Assembly (NCBI RefSeq): GCF_006345805.1
Contig: NC_043006.1
Coordinates: 49,662,001-49,726,000, forward strand
From: Octopus sinensis
Lineage: Eukaryota
DNA length: 64,000 nucleotides
Direction of reading: 5' to 3'
In this document: positions 38,631-51,424 of the stretch, one piece after another
Position numbering within the stretch: the stretch's first letter is position 1
How the letters are laid out: each line of letters begins with the position of its first letter
The notes under the pieces: generated by a model
Databases searched by the model: none
What the model was told of the DNA's origin: nothing
Seen by the model: only the letters and a program-made list of their open reading frames with translations
Made by a program: the position numbers and the translations under genes

Positions 38631-38665
38631 GTTTCTGAAGAAGAGCTTTCCTCGAAACGTAAAAC
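38631..38665 (+). ncRNA. Minimal type-I hammerhead-ribozyme motif in a short element spanning about 38555-38765
   Basis: GTTT CTGAAGA a GAG ctttc CTC GAAAC GTA AAAC: stem I GTTT/AAAC, palindromic ACGT stem III, GUA site. Confidence 0.72.
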
Positions 38666-38764
38666 CACCTTTCTTTCCTTCCCTGAGCATCTGCCAATAC
38701 TTTACATGTACCACGTGCTCGCGTTGTTTTTTGCGTTTGTTCTTCGTATTTTTGAGATTTACTG

Positions 38765-38810
<46 letters not shown>

Positions 38811-38839
38811 TGTATGTATGTATGTATGTATGTATGTAT

Positions 38840-39295
38840 TACTCTTTTACTGTCTTATTCGTTTCAGCCATGCGGCCGTAGTCTTGCTGGAGCACCACCA
38901 TGGTCTTTCTGAATTCCTCAGTCTGGGTGTTTCAAATCACCATTTCTGTATGTGCCTTTGTCCCATCTGTTGGTAAATTTGGTGTATAAAGAAGTTTGAT
39001 TCCGCTGCCCTCGTCTGCACCTCATATCGGACTGTTGGTTCATCCGGTATTGTAGAGAGGAGGATGTCTAGTTCCTTTTTGAAGACATTTACTTCGATCT
39101 TATGCAAATTTCTTAATTTTTCTGGCAGCAGCGTGTTGAAGAGCTGTGGGCTTTTGAATCCTACATTATTGTAGTACCTGGTCCTGAATTTAAATGGAGT
39201 GGATGGTATCTTTGGTACAATACATTATTGGAGGCTAGTTCTGGCATTTGTATAACACACAATGCCAAAGTTAGGTACTAGCCCGTCTACGATTT
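38840..39295 (-). mobile_element. 3' end fragment of a second CR1-like LINE subfamily, including 3' UTR
   Basis: YYNNVGFKSPQLFNTLLP..FKKELDILLSTIPDEPT..RAAESN, which parallels the C-terminus of the 51.4 kb LINE; stop near 38937, then the tail. Confidence 0.75.
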
Positions 39296-39298
39296 TCC

Positions 39299-39341
<43 letters not shown>

Positions 39342-40732
39342 ATATATGATTGCATATCTTTCCATATATATATGATTGCATATCTTTATAAGCAATAGAA
39401 GGAATCGTATTGATTAAATCCTTTTGCTGGGAGTCATACGATCCATAACGACAGTGAAAATGAAAATAAAGAAAAGCGTTCACGGTTGGCTACACGATTG
39501 TAATATACAATGACTAATTCAAGCTGAACAATGTTAATGCAAAACTTTGGCGACAAGCAATATTTGTTGAACACATGAGAACGGTTGACGATTTTAATTT
39601 AATTCCTGTAAGTTATGACAGTATCCAAGCAACAGTTCACAAGTAACGTGCTTGGGCAAGGAGAACACACATTTGTATAGTTATTATGACACCAACTGCG
39701 ATAACAAACCAACTTCATTCAGTGACAAGAACTATCTTAGTTCGTAGTAAAACCGACTGTCCACAAGTAGCTGATAAGTGTAAATGAACGATGGGTGTGA
39801 AGAATATAAACAACAGAAAGACATTCTTAATGAAATGTTCCGAGAGAAGATTGATTCCTTTTTCACACTACCGCTGCAATAATGACCATATTTAAGTAGC
39901 AATGAAGAGAGGCTAATAAAGGTGATGTTGATGGTGACTAAAGATCGAAAGATTTAATATTTACAACGTAGTAATATACCCGAGTGTTCGCAAATATATA
40001 GCTGTTTATTTTCTTTTCCACAATAGGTAAAGCAATATCTTGAAAATCTCTAAAATGTTACAAGATAGAGACTTATCAAAAGAATTCCTTCATGGATATT
40101 CAAAACAGGGAAACGATCTTTGATCGAAGGAAGGACATCAAATATGTGGTGATACTTATCAAATGTAAACAATTTCTTGATCACAAAAGTCGAAAAGGGA
40201 AATCAGGAAATATGTTTCGAGAGAGAGAGAGAGAGAGAGAGAGCAAGAAGAAAACTTTGACTATATATTGATCGCCCTCAACAGGAGTTAAACTTTGTCT
40301 TCAAAAGAGAGTATATACCTCAACACCATACAAAAAAGATTAGAAATTTATCTGAAAAGTAACAGCATTCTACATGGAGATGAGGGGTCAGTCACGAAAA
40401 GGTCACGGATACGTCTTAAGAAGATACAGCATAATTGTAAAGGAAAATCGAGATTTAAAAGTTAACCAGTCGGCTGTTAGGCGGATGTGAAAATAATATG
40501 AAAAGTTCAGGCAAAAGAGAACAGTTATGATATGCGTATGCGCGTGCATGAATATATGTGCGCACACGCGCGTGTGTATAAGGGGGTGGGTTGATGAAAT
40601 ACAAGTAAAATTTGAAGTAAAACAGCTGCTTTTCTACGTACGTATGTATGCACGCACTTATGTATGAATGTGCGTATATTGTAGAAGCATCTTTTACACA
40701 CAGACATAACAAGCAAATGCACAGAAAGAAAT

Positions 40733-40763
<31 letters not shown>

Positions 40764-40779
40764 CATGTATGTGTGTGCA

Positions 40780-40996
40780 TATGTTTGTGTGTTTGTGTTT
40801 GTCCCCCACCAACATCGCTTGACAACCGATGCCGGTGTGTTTACGTCTCCGTAACCTAGCGGTTCGACAAAAGAGACCGATAAAATAAGTACTAGGCTTA
40901 CAAAGAATAAGTCCTGGGGTCGATTTGCTCGACTAAAGGCGGTGCTCCAGCATGGCCGCAGTCAAATGACTGAAACAAGTAAAAGAGTAAAGAGTA
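40780..40996 (+). mobile_element. SINE family D 3' half
   Basis: CATCGCTTGACAACCGATG...GTAAAAGAGTAAAGAGT; similar tail fragments at 10055-10185(-), 12760-12935(+) and 43930-44120(-). Confidence 0.8.
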
Positions 40997-41290
40997 TACA
41001 CAAAAGTACAATCACATAATCGGACGCATGACTTGAAATACATTTCAAAATCGAACATTATAAAAACTTTCATTACAATAATTTATTACTTAATTACCAT
41101 ATATAGTTCAGAAATTGTAGGGCGGGAATTGTATAATATCCAACTTTGGAACGTCTTTCATATTTAGGCGTCATAGGTGACAACCTATTCAAAATTTACA
41201 TTGTTGATTTCAATGTGTGTGTAGAAATATGTGTGTGCGTTTATGTGCGAAAAATATACCCATTACACACACACGCACACAACGCACGCA

Positions 41291-41367
<77 letters not shown>

Positions 41368-41392
41368 TACATTCACTTCGGTTCTATTTCTG

Positions 41393-41720
41393 ACATTCGA
41401 TTCCCAGACCGGGCGTTGTGAGTGTTTATTGAGCGAAAACACCTAAAAGCTCCACGAGGCTCCGGTAGGGGATGGTGGTGATCCCTGCTGTACTCTTTCA
41501 CCACAACTTTCTCTCACTCTTACTTCCTGTTTCTGTTGTACCTGTATTTCAAGGGGCCGGTCTTGTCACTCTCTGTGTCACGCTGAATATCCCCGAGAAC
41601 TACATTAAGGGTACACTTGTCTGTGGAGTGCTCAGCCACTTACACGTTAATTTCACGAGCAGGCTGTTCCGTTGATTCGGATAAACCGGAACCCTCATCG
41701 TCGTTGCCGACGGAGTGCTT
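41393..41720 (+). mobile_element. SINE family B, 5'-truncated, with long tail
   Basis: TTCGATTCCCAGACCGGGCG...GTGGAGTGCTCAGCCAC...GACGGAGTG; the same tail occurs at 10380-10530 and inverted at 59505-59647. Confidence 0.8.
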
Positions 41721-41842
41721 CCATCATCATTTCTGGCATTAGCCTCGTGGCTGAAATGGGTGATTAGATATAATGTATATGTAGGAAATGCACGTCTATA
41801 TTGGTATCTGTACGCAGAGATTTATCGGTATATGTATATGTA

Positions 41843-41918
41843 TTTCTCACTTATATATTGTCACCTATATATTGTCACCTATATATTGTCACTTATATAT
41901 TTCTCACTTATATATTGT
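41843..41918. repeat. 14-bp minisatellite (TATATATTGTCACY)
   Basis: About five imperfect tandem copies. Confidence 0.85.
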
Positions 41919-42149
41919 CGGCGTACTTCTGTTGTAGAGTGTAAAGTAATTTTTATTACAGAACACGAAATCTCAAGATATAGAGTTACCGAAATTTTAT
42001 AAATCTTCTTGTCCATTCCCTCGCATTGTGTTATAAAAAGTGAACAAATTTAGAGTGGCTTGTAAACATTTGACATCTACTTCTAGCGAATTGTCGTTGG
42101 CTCTCGAGCGACCTTAATTATAATTATATTTTTATAATTATACTTTTAT

Positions 42150-42180
<31 letters not shown>

Positions 42181-42371
42181 TATATATAATATATATATAT
42201 ATACATACACATACACACACACACATTCATATATATACACACATGCAGAAGGAGTGAAAGGAAGTATGTATCTATAATAGAGGTTGAAGGGCTGAGAGAA
42301 GAAAGACTGTGTTGGAGGGAAGTGAAAAATAGAGAAGGAGAGAGAAGGAGTTTGTCTCTCTCTCTCCTTCC

Positions 42372-42404
<33 letters not shown>

Positions 42405-42544
42405 GTATTTAGAGAGATTGAAGGGCTGAGAGAAGAAGGACGATGTGATGGAGAGAATTAAAGAAAAAGAGAAAGAGCGAGTGTGTGTCTATGTATTTAT
42501 AGAGAAGAAATATATATATAAATAGAGAAAATATATATAAGTTG

Positions 42545-42690
42545 ATCTCATCGACACCGGTGCTCAACTGGTACGTATTTTATTGATGCCGAAAGGATAA
42601 AAGGTAAAGTCTACTCCAGCGGCATTTGAACTCGGAACTAAAAGACGGACGTTTTGTCCGGCGTGCTACTGATTCTGCCAGCTCACCGCC
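42545..42690 (-). mobile_element. SINE-A copy
   Basis: GGCGGCATTTGAACTCGGAAC..GATTCTGCCAGCTCACCGCC. Confidence 0.7.
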
Positions 42691-43169
42691 CTTTCCTGAC
42701 TAATATTACAAGCTATTTGGACATCATATTTACATATTCCTGTTTCGATAACAATGCTATATCTTGCCTGTTCTTTGTCGTTATGTAGCTGACGTTTCAG
42801 AATGACAATCAAGGTCATGAGATAAGAAATTTCAAATATGAGGTCAGTTGCTTAGATCATTATAGGGCAATGAAACAAAAGGGATAAAGCAGTGCTAGAA
42901 ATAATGGCAACAACAACAATAACAGCAACAGTGCAATAAAGTTGATCCTCAGCAGGTTTGCTTTCCATCTCCATCACAAAAACTGGTAATTGCAAATGTC
43001 ACGCTGCAGAGAATTTCAACTTGTAACCTACCACAAAATAGTTCAATATCTTACTCACTCTGCCATTTAAATTCTACTTAATACGATGCTGCAGATAAAT
43101 CTCACTTTGGACTGAATACAAATTTAGTCTATTACATGTGATCAGTTCAGACAAATCTTGTATATATAT

Positions 43170-43560
43170 AGGCACAGGTGTGATTGTGTGGTAAGTAGCT
43201 TGCTTAACAACCACATAGTTCCGAGTTCAGTCCCACTGCGTGGTACCTTGGGCAAGTGACTTCTACTATAACCTTGGGCCGACCAAAGCCTTGTGATTGG
43301 ATTTGGTAGACGGAAACTGAAAAGAAGCCATCGTATATATACACATATAAGTATGTGTGTGTGTTTTTCCCCCCAACATCGCTTGACAACCGATGCTGGT
43401 GTGCTTATGTCCCCGTAACTTAGCGGTTCGGCAAAAGAGACCGATAGAATAAGTACTAGGCTAACAAAGAATAAGTCCTGGGGTCGATTTGCTCGACTAA
43501 ATGCGGTGCTCCAGCCTGGCTGCAGTCAAATGACTGAAGCAAGTAAAAGAATAAAAGAAA
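43170..43560 (+). mobile_element. SINE family D with internal microsatellite
   Basis: GGCACAGGTGTGATTGTGTGGTAAG head..GGAAACTGAAAAGAAGCC..CTTAGCGGTTCGGCAAAAGAGACCGATAG..CTGAAGCAAGTAAAAG. Confidence 0.85.
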
Positions 43561-44211
43561 AGAATGAATATGTGTGTGTATGTATGTATGTGTGTGTGTG
43601 TGTGTGTGTGTGGATATTTGCGTGTAAATATAAATATAAATAAATACAAATGTAAATATAATACAAATACAAGTGTGTATGTATGTATGTATGTATGTAT
43701 GTATAAACCATGTGGTTGGAAAGCAACTTTCTTACCTATATACATGCTCTAATTGCATCGGCTGGGAATCAGATTCGAGCCAACAGCGTGGCGGCAGCAA
43801 CGAAACGATAACGGTATTATTATGGGATTGTCCAAAACTTTGGATAACATTTAGTTATTGCAGTTACCTCATTTGCTCATACGAACAAAAATAATAAAAA
43901 AAAGGCAGATTTTATTTACTTATTACTCTTTCATGTTTTACTTGTTTCAGTCATTAGACTGCGGCCCTGCTGGGGCATCATCTTGAAGAATTTCTGTCGA
44001 TCGATCCGATTTCAATAATTGTTTTGTATTTTAAGCCATGTACTTATTCTATCGGCCTCCTTCGTCGAATCGCTAAGTTACGGGGACGCAGACACGTAAA
44101 TACCTGTTTTCAAGCGATGGTGGGAGACAATCACCCCCCCCCCATACGTTATTTGTGTATTAAGGCTACCATTGATATCATTAAGAAAATATCGTAATAC
44201 CTTACTCTTGT

Positions 44212-44598
44212 ACTATTTTACTTGTTTCAGTCATTTGACTATGGCCATGCCGGAGCACCGCCTTTAGTCGAGCAAATCGACTCCAGGACTTATTTTTTGT
44301 AAGCCTAGTACTTATTCTATCGGCCTCTTTTGCCGAACCGCTAAGTTACGGGATCGTACACACACCAGCATCGGTTGTCAAGCGATGTTGGACACATACA
44401 CACACACACACACACATATATATATACATATATGCAACGGGCTTCTTTCAGTTTCTGTCTACCAAATCCACTCACAAGGCTTTGGTCGGCCCGAGGCTAT
44501 AGTAGAAGACACTTACCCAAGGTGTCACGCAGTGGGACTGAAACCGGAACCATGTGGTTGGTAAGCAAGCTACTTACCACACAGCCACTCCTACGCCT
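44212..44598 (-). mobile_element. SINE family D full copy
   Basis: Reverse complement of 58913-59315. Confidence 0.85.
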
Positions 44599-46317
44599 AT
44601 ACCTTAACCATTTTTCAAGCCGATCACATAGGGGAATGTTGCTCGTCTCTATGTTGGATTAAAACACGAAAGATCACAGGAATTCACGATAAAGTCTCGC
44701 AAAGAAAACAGCCGAGATAACGTGCAATAGTCACGTCCCCACTGATTTCTAATTTTGTTTGCGAACAGTGAGACCGAACTCGGAACCGTGCGGTTGGAAG
44801 CAAACGTCTAATCACACAGCCACGCCTGCGCCTATTGGAAAAATTTCTATTGAATGAACATTCCCACTGCACTATATTACATATGAAAGTCACTACTATA
44901 TTTCTATTTAATATGCAGACGATTTTCTAAGGGGATTTTCGCCCAGCCTTAGACTTGACATATGTGGGCGCAGATGTCTGTTGAAGGCAGAAATATGAAT
45001 AAAACTTTGCAACTAAATGGTGCCAAATACAATAAATGGTGAAAAATACAATAATTCGTTCCTTTAATTGATATATTCTATTATATACATTTCTTCATTC
45101 GCTTTCGTTTCGTTCGTTTTCGTTTTTACGTATGTGATCCAAAGCTAGTATGGGTTAGACATGCTAGTATAATTTGCAGCATTTTTTGCAACCAAATTGA
45201 CTTGCTTGCGGATCATGCTACCTGTTTTCTCAAGCTAGGTGTCTCATATTCATCATGTTTTTTTTCCGAACACAGAACCAGCGAACGATTTGTCGAGAGT
45301 GGAAATGTCAACAGCATCACCGTTTGCAACGTTTGTAATTTTCAGAGAAGAGCAAAACCAAATATATGCAAACGTCAGTTAACGTGCGCGTGCTCGAATG
45401 CACGCACGCACACATACACGCACGCACGGACACACAAATACACACACACATACATACACACATACACACACACACGTACGCGCGTGTATGTATGTATGCA
45501 TGTAGATCTATATATATGTGTGCGCGTATATATTATATGTGTGTGTGAGAGAGAGAAAGTGTGTGTGTGTTTGCGTATCGTGTTCGAAGGGGTTTGTACA
45601 GTTTCCTTCAATCAAAAGTCGAATCGGAGCTACAGTAGAAGGCAGTTGCCCATGACATTGCACAGTGGATCTTTATTCCAAACTTCTTCATGCTTGTGAA
45701 GTGTACTTCGTAATCAAACAACTATGCGTGTTCTCATTTATTGATATTGAATATTTATAGGACAGCGAGCTGGCTGGCAGAATCGCTAGCATGCCGGAGT
45801 CGATATAATCAACTTACCCTCACTACTGAAAGTACTGCTCTTATGCCAAACTTTGAAAGCAATATTAACTATTTATAACTTATTGGATTGGGCCCCTGGA
45901 TCACAGAACACTGCTACAGAACGTTGAAACATGAAGTAGTAATCATAAGGTTGTTAGTCCCTTATACACACACAATCCCGATTCCTCCTTAGAACCGGGC
46001 ATCTTTGGACATTTTTGCAAGCATAGAGATGCTTGCACATGAAGAAATTCGCATTTGCCAAGTATAAATGCTGCTATGCAACTTCGTAGTAAACTTCATT
46101 ATTAATATTGTTAATATTTATACTTCAGGAAACATATATGGATTAAGAAATATATTCAGAATTATCCAACGGAATATCCCTCTAATTATTTATGCCTTAA
46201 GAACTTTATTGGATTTATATGTTAATTGTTGAATAACATATTTTGAATGGCCAACCGAGAGCATGCCGGTAATCGTTTTAAGGTAATCCCTTACCTTTTA
46301 CAAACATAATTACATAA

Positions 46318-46386
46318 TATATATATATATATATATATATAGGAAAATATATTTATGCAAACATTTATAGGCGTGTGCGTATATAT

Positions 46387-46422
<36 letters not shown>

Positions 46423-46436
46423 CATACATACATACA

Positions 46437-46488
<52 letters not shown>

Positions 46489-46735
46489 TACATATATACA
46501 TACAGATATAGATATAAATATAGATATATAATTGTTAAACAGGATAGCAAACATTAAAGCAAGGCAAACATCTCAAGTCGTATACGATATACTGTAATTA
46601 TGTATGTATAGACATAGAGTATATAATGTAATATAATATAATATAATATAATATAATATAATATAATATAATATGATATAATATATTTATATATATATAT
46701 ATATTTTGTTAAATTTTCTGCTGCTTTAAATAAAG

Positions 46736-46832
<97 letters not shown>

Positions 46833-47037
46833 ATATCGCTTCTGCACGCATTTTTTTTCTCTCCTTGTTTCTTTTCTGTGTTTCTTTTCTGTGTATCTTT
46901 CTGTGAAGAGCGTAGGCTCGAAACGTAAAAGACTTGTTTTATTTATATTCCTGAGCGCCATACTAATACAATTGTTTGTTTATATTCCACCTGCCTTCGT
47001 CTTTTGTTTATTTTCATAAAGCTTCCTGTTATATATA

Positions 47038-47078
<41 letters not shown>

Positions 47079-47090
47079 TATAGATGTATT

Positions 47091-47145
<55 letters not shown>

Positions 47146-47162
47146 TGAGAGAGTGAGAGATG

Positions 47163-47210
<48 letters not shown>
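46318..47210. repeat. Large compound (TA)n, (ATATA)n, (GA)n and (GATA)n tract with an embedded short element
   Basis: Direct reading. Confidence 0.93.
46896..46932 (+). ncRNA. Hammerhead-like motif, variant core, in a short element spanning about 46830-47030
   Basis: TCTTT CTGTGA a GAGC gtag GCTC GAAAC GTA AAAGA: stem I TCTTT/AAAGA. Confidence 0.55.
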
Positions 47211-47211
<1 letters not shown>

Positions 47212-47532
47212 TTCTGTTGCCAGCACTGTGTGAATGGTCATGTCCATAAGTATTTAAATTTGCGTGCATATATGTGTGTGCGTGTAGCTCCCGGTATTCT
47301 CGTTTTCCCCATTATTTATACCTTTTTTTTTAGCCGTGAGTATGTAAGGTGTGTCTGTACGTGTTCGTTCATAAACATTAATAGCTATTAGGGACTACGA
47401 TCACTTGAACTTGCTTATTTGTATGTACTTGCCTCTCATGTTTGACACCGTATGGAACTAGAGAGTATCCACTACCACCACCACTACCACCACCACTACC
47501 ACCACCACATCATCGTATCACCGCCATCAATT

Positions 47533-47766
47533 CTTATTTCTTTATTGCCCACAAGGGGCTATACACAGAGGGGACAAACAAGGACAAACAAACGGATTAA
47601 GTCGATTATATCGACCCCAGTGCGTAACTGGTACTTATTTAATCGACCCCGAAAGGATGAAAGACAAAGTCGACCTCGGCGGAATTTGAACTCAGAACGT
47701 AACGGCAGACGAAATACTGCTAAGCATTTCGCCCGTCGTGCTAACGTTTCTGCCAGCTCGCCGCCT
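47533..47766 (-). mobile_element. SINE-A full copy
   Basis: Reverse complement of head + core + tail 1; ends CTGCCAGCTCGCCGCC. Confidence 0.85.
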
Positions 47767-48249
47767 TAAATTCTACCATCACCGCCATCAATTCTGTTGT
47801 TATCATCACTACCGCTACTTTGTTGCCTTCTTCTATCATCATCACCATCATCATCATTATTATCAACACCACCACCTCTACTGCACCATCCATTTTCATC
47901 ATTGTCACTGCTATCGCAAAAAAAATCTTCCCTCTTTTGCTTATCATCACCAACTTTTTCGTAGCTAACATCACCAAGTCTATTCTCTTGTATCTGTCTC
48001 TCTGTCTATCACTCTGCCTATAAGTGTCTAAAGCTGTCAGCATTTGTCTCTTCTTAATAAGTTACCGATGTGACTCCGGGCGAGAAACGGCATACACTTT
48101 GCCGGGCTCTTTGTACTTGATAAAAGTTGTATGCGCGCGCGCGTGTGTGTGTGTGTGCGCGCGTGCGTGCGTGTGTATGTGTATGTATGTATATATATAG
48201 ATTGAGAGAGAGTTATATGCACATATGCATCTATCTCTTTCTCTGTCCT

Positions 48250-48280
<31 letters not shown>

Positions 48281-48501
48281 GAATATATATATATATATAC
48301 ACATACATGAATATGCATATATATAAATATATTTGCGCGTGTTTGTGTCTATATGCATGAGTATATGCATATATATACACAGAGAGAGAGACAGTGAGAG
48401 AGAGAGACAGTGAGAGAGAGAGAGAGAGAGAAAGAAGAGACATATAGATACATACATGCATGGTTACAGACCTATACATACACAAACACACGCACATGCA
48501 A

Positions 48502-48545
<44 letters not shown>

Positions 48546-49436
48546 TATATATATATATATATATATAATTTATATATATATATATTTATATATATATATA
48601 TATATATTTATATATAATTATATATATATATATAAAAGCAAAAAAAAAACACGTTCGTCATCAAAGATACTTGGATGTATATATAGAACTACATACACAA
48701 AAATCTCCATTATAAAAATCTTACAAAAAGCTTTTAACACATTTATTCTAATCTATAAACATTCACATTGAATTGCTGTTTATCAAATTATTGAATGTAA
48801 AGCATCGCTTATTTCATAAATGGAAAACAAACCCCGCGAACACGATATCTCTTTTCGTTGCCATCAAACGGGGACCAACACTTCCGCTTTAAACACACAG
48901 ACACATAGAGAAGACCAAGGGGGAGAAAAAAGCTCATCTATTCGAGATAAACAAACTGGATAATTTGTAAAGACAAAATACTGAACGTTATATGATCAGT
49001 GATAAATATTGTTTTGATATATAACCTTACGTACATACATACATACATACGTACATACATACATACATACGTACATACATACATACGTACATACATACAT
49101 ACATACATACATACATACATACATACATACATACATACATACATACATACACATACACACGAGCATATGTGCATATATAAATACATACATATGTATATAT
49201 ACATAAATATATACTATTTTACTCTTTTATTTCGTTCCAGCCATGCGGCCGTGGTCATGCTGGAGCAACACATATGTAGATTTTTTTTTCATTTTTTCCG
49301 AGCGTCAAACTATTACACTTGCTTGTTGTTCATACACCTGTATTCGTCTTTTTTTGTTCTATAAATTTCCACAACATATATATATATATATAGAAACGTA
49401 CTAGTTCCTGTAGAAGAAGCTCCTTCTATATAATAA

Positions 49437-49470
<34 letters not shown>

Positions 49471-49625
49471 GCTGTATGTGTGTGCATAGATATACAATCA
49501 GACATATATATATATATATATATATGCATACACACACACACACACACACATATATACGTCTATAAAGATAGATAGATATATATATACATATATTTGTCTC
49601 TCTGTCTATACACACACACACTTTG

Positions 49626-49770
49626 TTAATAAAGCTGCAAAGACATCACAAAAACTGTTACTCTGAGTAACATCTTGTGATGTCTTTGCAGCTTTATTAA
49701 TAAAGCATATTACTTTCCTCCAGTATTCGGGTACTATTTTTTCCACCTTGTTCACATTTATGTGCTTACA
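49626..49770 (-). mobile_element. Short Penelope-like non-autonomous element ending in a 75-bp hairpin (49626-49700)
   Basis: TTAATAAAGCTGCAAAGACATCACAA...TTGTGATGTCTTTGCAGCTTTATTAA; 49700-49770 is the reverse complement of the family seen at 58046 and 58648. Confidence 0.6.
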
Positions 49771-49819
49771 CACATATCTATATGTATCTACAAACATATA
49801 CATATACATATCTATAGAT

Positions 49820-49829
49820 ATATGTATAT

Positions 49830-49860
<31 letters not shown>

Positions 49861-49862
49861 TT

Positions 49863-49924
<62 letters not shown>

Positions 49925-49975
49925 ATATATAGATGTATATTATATATATATATATATTATATATATAATATATAT

Positions 49976-50055
<80 letters not shown>

Positions 50056-50075
50056 TTATATATATACATATATTT
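49820..50075. repeat. Long interrupted (TA)n tract
   Basis: Direct reading; many further (TA)n, (CA)n and (GATA)n tracts occur throughout the window (e.g. 9900-10050, 48505-48635, 55975-56090, 60470-60675). Confidence 0.95.
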
Positions 50076-50176
50076 ATGGTAGAATTCACGAAAAAAAACC
50101 CTAAAAAACATAAGACGAAGACAGGTGGTGTAGACAACAAAGAGATGTATTAGTATAACGCTCAGGAAGTGAAAAG

Positions 50177-50213
50177 TCTTTAACGTTTCGAGCCTACGCT
50201 CTTCCACAGAAAG
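50177..50213 (-). ncRNA. Hammerhead-like motif, variant core CTGTGGA, in an element spanning about 50060-50700
   Basis: Minus strand CTTT CTGTGGA a GAGC gtag GCTC GAAAC GTT AAAG; same family as the 46.9 kb copy. Confidence 0.55.
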
Positions 50214-50705
50214 GAACACAGAAAGAAATAAGGAGAGAAAATAAAGAGAGAAAATAAATAATGTGTAGTGGCTAGCGATCTATATTTGCCGACGAAATGT
50301 GGCGGACCTATACAGGACGGTGTTACTTTTGTTTTTAGCCCTAGGAACATATCTCCAGCTGGCCAACGACACACTGTCTGTATCAGCTTAATATTTGCAA
50401 GGGAGGACATCGTTCCCATCTCTAGCCTTACGTGATACAGACAGACCCGGGTTTATAGGTGGTTACCTATCTTCACTGTGTGTTAATCATTGGTTAGTGA
50501 TGAAGAACTCATTCGACTTGCAAAATGCTATATTTTTTTTCTAGCGACACACTGCCCCTGATCTCATAAAGAGAACGATAATTTATATTAAATCTCTGAG
50601 CGAGAAGTAAACAGCAAAAGTACGGAATCGTAAAATATATTTTCTAACTAAATGTGGCGTTTTCATAGAGGACGGTGTTACTGTTGTTTTTAGCCAAGGG
50701 AAGAC

Positions 50706-50758
<53 letters not shown>

Positions 50759-51296
50759 AGTGATTATATATGTATGTACGTATGTATGTGCGTTACTGCA
50801 TATACGTGAGTGCATATACATATGTATGTTGGTATATATGTATGGAGATATATTATACTTAGAAGCCACAAGATTCTCATTATTTTTACTTAAAGTTTCG
50901 TGTTTCAACACACATCAAGTATTTTGATAAGTAGAAACTTGAAACGATGGAGCAGCCCCAAGAAACATGAAACGATGTAGCAGGCCATGTTTTTTTTCAG
51001 GTCTTTAAATATTTAAACGCTACAGAGGACACTTGCTTTCGTTTGCAACATACACACACATACACGCATACATCCACACACACACACACACACACGCATG
51101 CATCCACACGGACACACACACATTCACACACACACACACACAGATAGACAGACAGACATAGAGACAAACAGACATACAGACAGACATCCACACGGACACA
51201 CAGGCAGACATACATCCACATGGACATACACATTCACACACACACACACGCACACACATTGATCGACATACAGACATAGAGACAAACAGACAGACA

Positions 51297-51328
<32 letters not shown>

Positions 51329-51424
51329 CCTATATATATATACTTTGATACTTTGATAGGTTTCGGCCATTATTGGCCCAGGCCATGTCTAACTTAATAG
51401 CACCACCTGGTGAAGTCTTTCAAG

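Noticed and set aside
39400-40450. Non-repetitive block that might hold an exon or transposase remnant
   Set aside because: No open frame with recognisable motifs.
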